This document shows positions 45,592 through 54,534 of a DNA stretch of 64,000 nt, one piece after another. The notes under the pieces were generated by a model, which did no database searches, was not told where the DNA came from, and saw only the letters and a program-made list of their open reading frames with translations. A program made the translations under genes and the position numbers. The DNA is from Candidatus Eiseniibacteriota bacterium. GTDB taxonomy: Bacteria; Eisenbacteria; RBG-16-71-46; CAIMUX01; VGJL01. The stretch is from NCBI GenBank assembly GCA_041946735.1, contig JBHGAY010000008.1, positions 1-64,000 on the forward strand, given 5' to 3'. Each line of letters starts with the position of its first letter. Within the stretch, counting starts at the first letter, position 1.

Positions 45592-46875
45592 GTGGAGATC
45601 CCCTACAAGCAGATGCGAGATCAGTTTCGAGCCGAGATTCGAGCCGAGATGCGAGCCGGCACGCAGCGGCCATTCGGGCCGCCGGACTCGGAGGAAGCGC
45701 AGCGGGCCGAAGGCGCCGCCGGCGAAACGCGCTCACGCGAACGGGCGCCGGGCCGTGTGAGCCTGGCGCAGGCGTCCGCCTGGCTGGCCGCCGCCCGCGA
45801 GGACCCTTCGCTCCTCGATGAGCTCGGCGCCGTCGCGGGCGCAGCGCGTGACGCGATCCACGGCAGGCGGATCCGCCTGTTCGCCCCGCTCTACTATGCG
45901 AACGTCTGCGTGAACGACTGCCTCTACTGCGGCTTCCGGCGCGAGAACCGCACGGCCAACCGGCGCGTGCTCTCGCCCGGGGAAATCGCGGCGGAGGCCG
46001 AAGCGCTCCTCGAGATGGGCCACCGGCGCATCCTGCTCGTCGCATCGGAGGACCCGAGCGCGCGCGGCCGCGCTCTCGTGCTCGACGCGGCCCGCGCCGT
46101 TCGATCCGCGCGCCACGGCGGCGCCTCGGCATCCCAGGTCGCGATGGAAGTCGCTCCGGGGACGATCGCCGATTTTCGCGCCATGGCGGAGGCCGGAGTC
46201 GACGCCTATGTGCTGTTCCAGGAGACCTACGATCGAAGGCTCTACGGACGCGTGCATGTTTCGGGCCCGAAAAGCGATTTCGACTGGCGGCTCGGGGCGC
46301 CGGAACGCGCCCTCGCCGGCGGCATCCCGCACGTCGGGCTCGGAGTCCTCCTCGGGCTCGGAGATCCGCGACGCGAGGTGCTCGGCCTGATCGGCCATGC
46401 GCGGCGGATCGAGCGGCGCTCGGGGCGCCCGCCGCGGACCGTTTCGCTGCCGCGACTCCGTCCCGCCGAGGGATCGGACCTCTCGCGTCATCCGTATCGT
46501 CCCGTCAGCGACGAGTTGCTGCTCGCGGCGATCGCCGTGGTGCGCCTCGCGCTCCCGCGCACCGGTATCGTGCTCTCCTCGCGCGAGCCGGCGGCGTTGC
46601 GGGATCGCGCGCTCGACTTCGGCGTCACCGAGCTTTCCGCCGGATCCCGAACCGATCCGGGGGGGTATACCGCCGAACGAAAGGGCACGCCGGGGCGGGA
46701 TGTGGCGCTGGCGCAATTCGAGGTGGAGGATAGGCGGGGGTTCGATTCCATGGTGACCGTGCTTCGCGACCGGGGCTACGAACCGCTCTTGGATGGCGAT
46801 CCGTCCGATCCAGTTGCGGCGGGAAGGTCCTTGGCGTCGCCCATGCGCGATTCGCGATCCCTGAGCGGCAGTTGA
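45592..46875 (+). CDS. thiH: Radical SAM tyrosine lyase, ThiH-like (2-iminoacetate synthase; BATS domain)
   Basis: FAPLYYANVCVNDCLYCGF (CxxxCxxC), LFQETYD, VSLPRLRPA, SSRE...RD, SAGSRTDPGGY, QFEVEDRR. Confidence 0.75.
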   Translation: MEIPYKQMRDQFRAEIRAEMRAGTQRPFGPPDSEEAQRAEGAAGETRSRERAPGRVSLAQASAWLAAAREDPSLLDELGAVAGAARDAIHGRRIRLFAPLYYANVCVNDCLYCGFRRENRTANRRVLSPGEIAAEAEALLEMGHRRILLVASEDPSARGRALVLDAARAVRSARHGGASASQVAMEVAPGTIADFRAMAEAGVDAYVLFQETYDRRLYGRVHVSGPKSDFDWRLGAPERALAGGIPHVGLGVLLGLGDPRREVLGLIGHARRIERRSGRPPRTVSLPRLRPAEGSDLSRHPYRPVSDELLLAAIAVVRLALPRTGIVLSSREPAALRDRALDFGVTELSAGSRTDPGGYTAERKGTPGRDVALAQFEVEDRRGFDSMVTVLRDRGYEPLLDGDPSDPVAAGRSLASPMRDSRSLSGS

Positions 46876-49220
46876 GCAGCGCGCCGCCTCCCACGCTTCC
46901 GCCCGGCCGGATTCCGCCGCCGCCGCCCCGCGCGAAGAAGCGCCACTCGCACCCGCGCCTGCGGGCGCTCTCCTATCTCGCCGTCGGCATCCTTCTGCTG
47001 CTGCTCATCCTCGCCGTCGGATCCTGCATGACGGTCCGCATCCCGGCGAGCGGATCGCGCCAGACCGTCCTGTTCTTCTCCGTCCCGACCGATCTGGCGC
47101 CCGGCTCCCGGATCGATCGCGATGAGCTGGAGAACCGGCTCCGCCGTCTCGGCTACCGCGCCTCCACGACCCTCCAGCCGGGCGAGTACCGGATGGTGAG
47201 CGGAGGCGCGGAGATCCATCTCCGTCCGTTCCGCTATCCCTCGCGCTTCTATCCGGGCGGGATCGCCCGCGTCTGGATTTCCGGCGGGACGGTCCGGCGC
47301 ATCGAAACCGACGAGGCCCTCGACCCGGACCAGGTCGCTCTCGAGCCGGAGCGGCTGGCGGGTTACGAGGGGCAGATCGGGGCGTTCCTGCATCCTCTAC
47401 GCTTGAAGGACGCGCCTCCGCTGCTCGTCAAGGCGATCGTCGCGGTCGAGGACCGGCGCTTCTACAGCCACCCGGGGATCGATCCGATCGGGACCGCCCG
47501 CGCCGTGTGGACCGACCTGCGGCGCGGCGAGCACGCGCAGGGCGGCTCGACGATCACGCAGCAGCTCGCGCGCTCGCTCTACCTGCACAATCAGAAGACG
47601 TTCGGACGGAAGCTGCGCGAGGCGGTCATCGCCCTCGGCCTCGAGCTGCGCTATTCCAAGGACGAGATCCTCGAGGCGTACCTGAACGCCGTCTACTGGG
47701 GCTACTGGGGATCGATGGAGATCCGCGGCGTGCGCGAGGCTTCGAGCTACTACCTCGGCAAGGAGGTCGACGACCTCGATCCGGCCGGGATCGCCCTGCT
47801 CGTCGGTTTGATCCGGGCGCCCAACGCCTACTCCCCCTACAGTTCGGCCGAGAAGGCGAAGAAGCGGCGTGACGTCGTCCTGCGGCTGCTGATGCAGCAG
47901 GGGATCCTGAGCGAAGCGGAAGGGAAGAAGGCGCTCGCGCAGCCCGTCCGCGCGAAGCGCCCGCCGGACCGTCCCGCTGACGCCGCCTACTTCCTCGACG
48001 CGGCCCGCAAGGAGGTCGAGCGCCGGGCGCCGCGCGGCACGTTGGAAAAGCCGGGAACGATGATCTTCACGACGCTCGACCCGCGCGACCAGGCGGCCGT
48101 CGTCGCATCGCTACGCAAGGGTCTCGAGGATCTCGAGAAGGACCATCGCAGCCTGCGGCGCAAGAAGGACCGGCTGCAGGGGGCGGCGATCGTGATGGAT
48201 CCGACCTCCGGCGAGGTGCGGGCGCTCGTGGGCGGGCGCGACTACGCGGCGAGCCCCTTCAACCGAGCCATCGACGCGCAGCGCCAGCCCGGCTCGCTGT
48301 TCAAGCCGTTCGTCTATCTCGCCGCATTCCAGAATCCCCGGCGACGGGGCGGCGGCTACTGGACCCCGGCAACCGTCGTGAAGGACGAGCCGATCGAGAT
48401 CCGCGCCGGACGGAAGATGTGGAGGCCGAAGAACTATGACCGTCAGTACCGCGGCGAGGTGACGGTGCGGCAGGCGCTCGCGCAGTCGCTCAACGTGCCG
48501 ACCGCCTACGTCGCGAACCTGGTCGGGATCCGCAAGGTCGCCGAGGCGGCGCACGATCTGGGGATCGAGAGCGAGTTGGACGAAGTCCCGTCGCTGAGCC
48601 TCGGCACCTCGGAGGTCACGCTCCTCGAGATCTGCTCCGCCTATGCCGCGCTCGCCGACGAGGGGCGCTCTCACGCTCCGACGATGCTTCGCGGAATCCT
48701 CGACGGGTCGGGCAAGATGGTGATGCTCGATCCGCTCGATGATCCGCCCGGAGTCGGCGCGCCGGAGGCGTACCTGGTGACGCGCCTGCTCGAGGGGGTC
48801 ATCGACAACGGGACGGGACGCCGCGCGCGGTCGATGGGGATCGGCGGCGACGTCGCGGGGAAGACGGGAACGACCGACGACTACCGGGATGCCTGGTTCA
48901 TCGGCTTCACGCCGCGCCGGCTCGCCGGCGTCTGGGTCGGATACGACAGGAAGGAAGTGATCGGGCTATCGGGCTCGGCGGCGGCGCTGCCGATCTGGGG
49001 AAAGGTGATGCTCGCGATCCGTCCCGATCGCGGGGATGGCGAGTTCCAGCGTCCGCCCGGCATCGTCACGGTCGCGATCGATCCGGAGTCGGGGATGCTC
49101 GCCACGTCCGACTGTCCGGGATGGCGCGAGGAGGAGTTCCTCGAAGGGACCGAGCCCCAGGAGGAGTGCGACAGGCACGGCGGCTTCTTCGACTCGATCC
49201 GGGAGTTCTTCCACTTGTAG
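46872..49220 (+). CDS. mrcB: Class A penicillin-binding protein, PBP1B-like (UB2H-like insert + transglycosylase + transpeptidase)
   Basis: One TM, L.RLGYR...PGEY (UB2H-like), VEDRRF, QGGSTITQQL, RKLRE, GSLFK (SxxK), SLN, KTG. TTG start overlaps the thiH stop. Confidence 0.88.
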   Translation: MSSAPPPTLPPGRIPPPPPRAKKRHSHPRLRALSYLAVGILLLLLILAVGSCMTVRIPASGSRQTVLFFSVPTDLAPGSRIDRDELENRLRRLGYRASTTLQPGEYRMVSGGAEIHLRPFRYPSRFYPGGIARVWISGGTVRRIETDEALDPDQVALEPERLAGYEGQIGAFLHPLRLKDAPPLLVKAIVAVEDRRFYSHPGIDPIGTARAVWTDLRRGEHAQGGSTITQQLARSLYLHNQKTFGRKLREAVIALGLELRYSKDEILEAYLNAVYWGYWGSMEIRGVREASSYYLGKEVDDLDPAGIALLVGLIRAPNAYSPYSSAEKAKKRRDVVLRLLMQQGILSEAEGKKALAQPVRAKRPPDRPADAAYFLDAARKEVERRAPRGTLEKPGTMIFTTLDPRDQAAVVASLRKGLEDLEKDHRSLRRKKDRLQGAAIVMDPTSGEVRALVGGRDYAASPFNRAIDAQRQPGSLFKPFVYLAAFQNPRRRGGGYWTPATVVKDEPIEIRAGRKMWRPKNYDRQYRGEVTVRQALAQSLNVPTAYVANLVGIRKVAEAAHDLGIESELDEVPSLSLGTSEVTLLEICSAYAALADEGRSHAPTMLRGILDGSGKMVMLDPLDDPPGVGAPEAYLVTRLLEGVIDNGTGRRARSMGIGGDVAGKTGTTDDYRDAWFIGFTPRRLAGVWVGYDRKEVIGLSGSAAALPIWGKVMLAIRPDRGDGEFQRPPGIVTVAIDPESGMLATSDCPGWREEEFLEGTEPQEECDRHGGFFDSIREFFHL

Positions 49221-49247
49221 GGGATCGATCAGCCTGCAGGGGATCGA

Positions 49248-50825
49248 TCAGCCCCGCCCGCCGCCTCCGCGGCCGCCCGGACGGCGGCGCCGCCTGCCTC
49301 CCCGGCCGCCGCCTCCGCTCGAGCCTCCGCTGCCGACCCCTCCGCGGAATCGCTCTTCCCGCTCCCCGGGCGGCGCCTCGTAAGCGAAGTCCGATTGGCC
49401 CGGCTCCGGCCCCGGCTGCCGCTCTGCCCCCGACTCCCGCTCCGGCCCCGGCTCCCGCTCGTACACCCGCTCTCGCTCCCGCTCGTGTACCCGCTCTCGA
49501 TCCCGCCCGCGGTCGTGCCCGCGGCCTCTGTCGCGATCCCGGCGATCGCGATCCCGATCTCGATCGCGGTCTCGGTCCCGATCTCCGTATCCGCCCGACT
49601 CTTCGTAGCGGTCCTCGTCGCGCTCGCGCGGAGGAATCTGCCGCACCACGACGCGCCGCACCCACGCGCTGTGATCGATCGGCGGCTCGCCGGTCTTCTC
49701 GCGGCGGATGCGGTCCTCTTCGAGCGTCCACTCCAACTCGACCTCGGCCAGGTCCGGCATGGCCGCCATCGCCTGGCGGTCCCCGAGCAGCGCTCGGGCG
49801 CGCGAGAGCACGAGGTCGCGGCCGCGCAGCCGGTCGGTCCATCGCGCGGGGATCGCCCGGATTCCCTGATAAGCGCCGCACAGCGCCCCGACCACAGCTC
49901 CGACCGTGTCGGTGTCGCCGCCCCAGCGGATCGCCTCCTCCAGCGCCACCTCGAACTCGCCGCGGAAGTGGAGGAAGAAGTAGATCGCCGAGACGATTCC
50001 GGCCGGCGCGAAGCCGCGGCAGGGATGCTCGATCATGTATCCCGCCAGATCCGAGGCGCGCGTCGCGATCCCGGGCAGGACATCCTCGGGGGAACGGCTC
50101 GTCTGCCCGGCAATTCCAGCGAGCGCCTCGCTCATGTGATGCAGGACGGGACGGCTGTCGCGCGCCAGGTGGCGTCCATGCGCTTCGAGGAGCCAGTCCT
50201 CCGAGCGCCGGAGGAAGTGGATCTCCTCTTCCAGGAACGGCTCGGGATGGAGCGGCTCGGGATGGAACCAGGCGAGACGGCCGATCGAGTGGGCCACGAC
50301 GCAGCTCGCAGCGACGGCGCGCGGGTCGTTGTGGGTGACGAGGGCTTGCAGCGCCGCGTTGCTCCGCACGGCCGCATCGTCCAAGCCGAAAGCGAGACCG
50401 ACGGGCGCGACGCGCATCGTCGCGCCGACGCCGGCCGTGTGCCGGGAGCCGTGATTCCAGCTCGCCCCTTCGCGCAACGCCTGGATCGTGTAGCGGAAGT
50501 TGCGACCGGCCCCGCGATGGGCACCGAGGATCAGGTGGGGAGGGCCTTCGGCGAGATCGAGGAACTTCTGGCACAACACGTCGGGGTCGGCGCGGCCCGC
50601 CTCGATCAGGGTGTCGGCGACGACGAGCGCTTGCTGGGTGTCATCGGAGTGGAGCCCGGGGAGGCGCCACTTCTCTGGCGGCTCGGTCGGCGGCTCGACG
50701 TAGTCGCGGACCGGCCCATAGCGTGCCTGGATCTGCTCCTGCGTCCATCCTTCGATGGGATAGCCGAGAGCGTCTCCCACGGCGAGCCCCATCAGACAAC
50801 CCAGGAATCGGTCGGAACGCGACAT
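49248..50825 (-). CDS. ADP-ribosylglycohydrolase (DraG/ARH family) with a mixed-charge RD/RE low-complexity tail
   Basis: GLAVGDALG, HSDDT, G.GATMR, THND, GGDTDTVGA. GAGGAG RBS. Confidence 0.9.
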   Translation of the reverse strand: MSRSDRFLGCLMGLAVGDALGYPIEGWTQEQIQARYGPVRDYVEPPTEPPEKWRLPGLHSDDTQQALVVADTLIEAGRADPDVLCQKFLDLAEGPPHLILGAHRGAGRNFRYTIQALREGASWNHGSRHTAGVGATMRVAPVGLAFGLDDAAVRSNAALQALVTHNDPRAVAASCVVAHSIGRLAWFHPEPLHPEPFLEEEIHFLRRSEDWLLEAHGRHLARDSRPVLHHMSEALAGIAGQTSRSPEDVLPGIATRASDLAGYMIEHPCRGFAPAGIVSAIYFFLHFRGEFEVALEEAIRWGGDTDTVGAVVGALCGAYQGIRAIPARWTDRLRGRDLVLSRARALLGDRQAMAAMPDLAEVELEWTLEEDRIRREKTGEPPIDHSAWVRRVVVRQIPPRERDEDRYEESGGYGDRDRDRDRDRDRDRRDRDRGRGHDRGRDRERVHERERERVYEREPGPERESGAERQPGPEPGQSDFAYEAPPGEREERFRGGVGSGGSSGGGGRGGRRRRRPGGRGGGGRG

Positions 50826-51067
50826 CGTTCGTTCGTCTCCTCAGCGAGTCCTTCGCGAGCCCGCCGGGTGGGCGAGTCGCGCCCGCGAAATCCCTCTGGG
50901 AATCCTCGGGCGGCTCGGCGAAAACGATCCGGAGCCTACGGGCAAGTACGGGCAGAGCCTAGACGATCCCCCCGAGTGAGGAAAGGGTACGGGGCGTGGA
51001 TTTGCCCGGTGTCGTCGATGGGAGGACCACCGGTCGATGCGAGGACCACTGGCACGGCTGTGGCGCG

Positions 51068-51121
51068 AAGGCTGGCGGCCGCTCGCGAGGGCTCACAAAG
51101 GCTGGCGGCGGCTCGCGAGGG
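51068..51121. repeat. 24-bp direct repeat (30-bp period)
   Basis: aaggctggcggccgctcgcgaggg and aaggctggcggcggctcgcgaggg. Confidence 0.8.
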
Positions 51122-51241
51122 GTTCGCGACGGCGAAGGCTCGGAGATCCGCGGCTGCCCCCGGCCGATCCTTCGGCTAAGATCGGGGCTCGGTCCGAGGG
51201 GCGGGCAAGAGCAGCGGCCGGGCGTGGACCGGGAGGTGTGA

Positions 51242-52390
51242 TTGGCGGAGCGACCGATGACCGAAGGCCGGGCGAGACCGCTTCCCGGAGGGTTCGCCGG
51301 CTACTACTTCGATGCGATCGGTCTCGACGGGCGCCACGTTCTGGTCGCCTGCTGGTACTCGGGCTTCCTCTTCTCCCCGCGTTACTACGACGAGGTGCTG
51401 GAGCTGCGGGACCGCAAAGGCGTGCAGCCCGAGGAGGGAATCGTCCTTGCGGACCCCTCCAACCACGGCGCCTTCTCCCTCGCCCTCTATGACCAGGGCC
51501 GCACCGTCGCATACCTGGTCGCCGAGGAACCGCTCGCTCGCGGCGAGTCCGACCCGTGGTTCCCGGCGCTGCATGCCGGGGAGCCGGGACTGTCCGGCGC
51601 CATGCCGCCCCCCGGAGCGAAGATGGGGATCGGCGACAACCGCGTGACGCGTACCGCCGACGGCGCCTACGAGCTCGAGTTCGCCGACCGCTCGAAGTGG
51701 TTCCGCGCTTCGTTCGAGGGGAAGGTCCGCTTTCGGCCGCTAGGAGGCGCCAGCGCCGTCGTGCCGCTTGCGCCGAGCGGAGGACCCCCTTCCGAGGCGG
51801 AGCAGCATTGGCAGATTCTCTGCTCGCGAGCGGAGGTCACCGGCAAGATCCGCTGGAACGATCCGATCAGCCGCAAGCAGAACTCGCTCGATCTGCAGGC
51901 GCTGGGATACGTCGACCGCAACGCCGGCCGGCTGCCAATCAGCCCTCGCGTGGGTCGCTGGCTCTGGGGGCGCTTCCAGGGCAGCGGCAAGATGCTCGCC
52001 TACTACCGGCTCGACCCGGCGGAGCCGGAGCCGGCGGATGCGAAGAGCGGCCCGCGGCCCGGCCCGCTGAGCTTCCTCTACACGAGCGATCGGGAGCGCG
52101 AAGGTCTCATGCCCGGCGCCCAGATCGTGCCGCACCGCGTCCATCGCAACCGGTGGGGGATGCCGCATCCGCTCGAGATCGAAGGGACGGGCGGTGATCT
52201 CGCTTTCCGCGCGCACACGGTCCGGATCGTCGATCGTGGCCCGTTCTACGTCCGCACCCTCTCCCGCCTTTCCTGCGCGGACCCCTCGCTCGACGGCCTG
52301 CTCGGGATCACCGAGTGCTTCCTCCCCTCGCGATGGGACGTTCCGCTCTACCGCTTGATGGCGCGCGGCCGCATCCGGCGCGGACCGTGA
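51242..52390 (+). CDS. CrtC-like (carotenoid 1,2-hydratase / AttH double-barrel) protein
   Basis: PGGFAGYYFDAIGLDG...GFLFSPRY, HWQI, GYVDRNAG, WLWGRF, GPFYVR resemble CrtC motifs. TTG start after GGAGGT. Confidence 0.6.
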   Translation: MAERPMTEGRARPLPGGFAGYYFDAIGLDGRHVLVACWYSGFLFSPRYYDEVLELRDRKGVQPEEGIVLADPSNHGAFSLALYDQGRTVAYLVAEEPLARGESDPWFPALHAGEPGLSGAMPPPGAKMGIGDNRVTRTADGAYELEFADRSKWFRASFEGKVRFRPLGGASAVVPLAPSGGPPSEAEQHWQILCSRAEVTGKIRWNDPISRKQNSLDLQALGYVDRNAGRLPISPRVGRWLWGRFQGSGKMLAYYRLDPAEPEPADAKSGPRPGPLSFLYTSDREREGLMPGAQIVPHRVHRNRWGMPHPLEIEGTGGDLAFRAHTVRIVDRGPFYVRTLSRLSCADPSLDGLLGITECFLPSRWDVPLYRLMARGRIRRGP

Positions 52391-52403
52391 GAGAGTCCCT
52401 CCC

Positions 52404-53126
52404 GTGTCTTCGCGGATCCTGATCTTCGACAACGACGGCACGCTCGTCCCCTCGCACCTGGTGGCGAATCCGGCCATCCAGGAGGCGTTCGCCCGCTTCA
52501 GCGAGGAGCGCCGGCTGGGACTACCCGCGCCGAGCGATGCGCGCATCCGCGAGCTGACGGGACAGCCTGGAGACGCGTTCTACCGCGCGCTCCTTCCCGA
52601 ACGGCTGCAGCACCTCGCGGCAGAGCTGCGCAACTTCTGCCTCGATCGGGAGGTCGCGGAGATGCGACGTGCAGCGACCTTCTATCCCGGGATCGAGGAG
52701 ATGCTGCACGCTTGCCGGGCGAGGGGGGACCGGCTCGTGCTGGCAAGCCACGGGGGAGAGCGCTACATCGGAGCGGTCGCGGAGCGGCTGCGCTACGCGG
52801 ATCTCTTCGACCGCGTCTACCACCACGGCTTCGAGGGGATGCAGGAGAAGACGGAGATGGCGCGGCGCGCGCGGAGCGAGCTGGGCCCGGGCCGTCCCGC
52901 CGTCTTTGCCGGAGACCGGCGCGCCGACCTGCTCGCCGCTCGTGCAGCGGGAACGCGGTTCGTCGGCTGCCTCTACGGATACGGCAGCCGCGAGGAGCTG
53001 GAGGGAGCGGACGCGCTTGCCGCCACGCCCGCCGGGCTTGCGGCGATCCTGCTGAATGGAGAAGAGGCGGAAGGTCCTGGCGTCCGTCCAGGGGAGGATC
53101 CCGCCATCAGCGAAGGGGGCGCGTGA
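52404..53126 (+). CDS. HAD-superfamily hydrolase (phosphoglycolate-phosphatase-like)
   Basis: IFDNDGTL (motif I), YPGIEEML, LASHG, K, AGDRRADLLAA, YGYG. Confidence 0.9.
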   Translation: MSSRILIFDNDGTLVPSHLVANPAIQEAFARFSEERRLGLPAPSDARIRELTGQPGDAFYRALLPERLQHLAAELRNFCLDREVAEMRRAATFYPGIEEMLHACRARGDRLVLASHGGERYIGAVAERLRYADLFDRVYHHGFEGMQEKTEMARRARSELGPGRPAVFAGDRRADLLAARAAGTRFVGCLYGYGSREELEGADALAATPAGLAAILLNGEEAEGPGVRPGEDPAISEGGA

Positions 53127-53229
53127 GGGTCCGTTGACAGCGGGCACGCGACGTGCCGGCCCTCACGCGGACTGAGGCGGCGGCCCGCCGGCGCACCCGA
53201 GCCGCCCGGCCAAGTGGAAGGGGGTCGCG

Positions 53230-54321
53230 ATGTCGTTGCAGATGGGGATCGTCGGGCTTCCGAACGTCGGCAAGTCGACCCTGCTGAACGCTCTGACCCG
53301 GGCGCACGCCGAAGCGTCGAACTATCCGTTCTGCACGATCGACAAGAACGTGGGGGCCGCGTCGATCGACGATCCGCTGCTCGAGCGGCTGGCGGCGCGC
53401 CTGCACCCGAAGGAGGTGCTCCCCGCCTCCATCCAGTTCGTCGACATTGCCGGCCTGGTGCGCGGCGCGAGCAAAGGGGAGGGACTCGGCAACCAATTCC
53501 TCGGACACGTCCGCGAGGTCGATGCCCTCGTGCACGTCGTCCGCTGCTTCGACGACGGCTCCATCGTCCATGTGGAGGGTTCGATCGATCCCGTCCGAGA
53601 CGTGGAGCTGGTGGAGACCGAGCTCTTGCTCGCCGACCTCGATGCGGTCGAGCGCCACCGCAGGAAGGTGGAGCACGCAGCGAAGGGGAATCCGAAGAAG
53701 GCGGCCGCCGATCTCGACGCGCTCGAGCGGCTCGCCGAGGACCTGAAGCGGGCCACTCCGCTCCGGCACCGCTCGCTCGAGGCGGAGGAGGCTGAGAAGG
53801 TGCGCGAGCTCTCGCTGCTCTCCGCGAAGCCGGTCGTCTTCCTGGCGAACGTATCGGAGGACGACCCGCGCGGGGAGGGGCCGGCCGTGCGCCGCCTCAG
53901 GGAACGCGTGCAGGGGGAGCCGATCCTGCCGCTCGCGATCCGGATCGAGGAGGAGATGGCGCAGCTCGACGAGCCGGATCGCCTCGCATTCCTCGCCGAC
54001 CTCGGTCTTCCGGCGAAGGGGCTCGACCGCTTGCTCGAAATCTCGCGCGAGCTGCTCGACCTGATCACGTTCTACACGAGCGCGCACGAGAAGCTGCAGG
54101 CGTGGCTGCTGCCGCGCGGGACGAAGGCCCCGCGCGCGGCAGGCCGCATCCACACCGACATGGAGAAGGGGTTCATCCGCGTCGAGGTCTTTCAGCCGGA
54201 CGATCTCGAAACGTTCGGAACGCGCGCCGAGCTGCACAAGCACGGCCGCTTGCGGGTCGAGGGGAAGGAGTACGAGATCCGTGACCGGGACATCTGCCAC
54301 TTCCTCTTCCAGCCGGCTTGA
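53230..54321 (+). CDS. ychF: Redox-regulated ATPase YchF (Obg family)
   Basis: GIVGLPNVGKSTL, NYPFCTI, DIAGLVRGASKGEGLGNQFL, NVSE (NxxE), TGS domain AAGRIHTD. Confidence 0.97.
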   Translation: MSLQMGIVGLPNVGKSTLLNALTRAHAEASNYPFCTIDKNVGAASIDDPLLERLAARLHPKEVLPASIQFVDIAGLVRGASKGEGLGNQFLGHVREVDALVHVVRCFDDGSIVHVEGSIDPVRDVELVETELLLADLDAVERHRRKVEHAAKGNPKKAAADLDALERLAEDLKRATPLRHRSLEAEEAEKVRELSLLSAKPVVFLANVSEDDPRGEGPAVRRLRERVQGEPILPLAIRIEEEMAQLDEPDRLAFLADLGLPAKGLDRLLEISRELLDLITFYTSAHEKLQAWLLPRGTKAPRAAGRIHTDMEKGFIRVEVFQPDDLETFGTRAELHKHGRLRVEGKEYEIRDRDICHFLFQPA

Positions 54322-54404
54322 CGCAGCGTCCGGCCGGATCCCTTGCGCAGGGACCTCTCGCTTTCCCGTTGGCTTGAAGCAGCCGGCTTGATGCCTTTCG
54401 ACCG

Positions 54405-54427
54405 GCATGACACCGCCCCTGTCATGC
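54405..54427. promoter_or_regulatory. Perfect inverted repeat GCATGACA-N7-TGTCATGC (putative operator or hairpin)
   Basis: Seen directly. Lies upstream of an extended -10-like TGgTATCCT at 54490-54498. Confidence 0.45.
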
Positions 54428-54534
54428 GAGCTGACTTATAGGTCTTGAGTCTCTGATTCAGCTTTTCTTCTGGACTACTCCCTCCCGGCTGGTATCCTTC
54501 GAGCGGGCTGACCGTGCGGGTTCCGGGAGGGGAG

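Noticed and set aside
45592..46875. HydG ([FeFe]-hydrogenase maturase)
   Set aside because: Lacks the C-terminal Cys motif for the auxiliary cluster, and no hydE/hydF/hydA is nearby. The C-terminus (QFEVEDRR) is ThiH-like.
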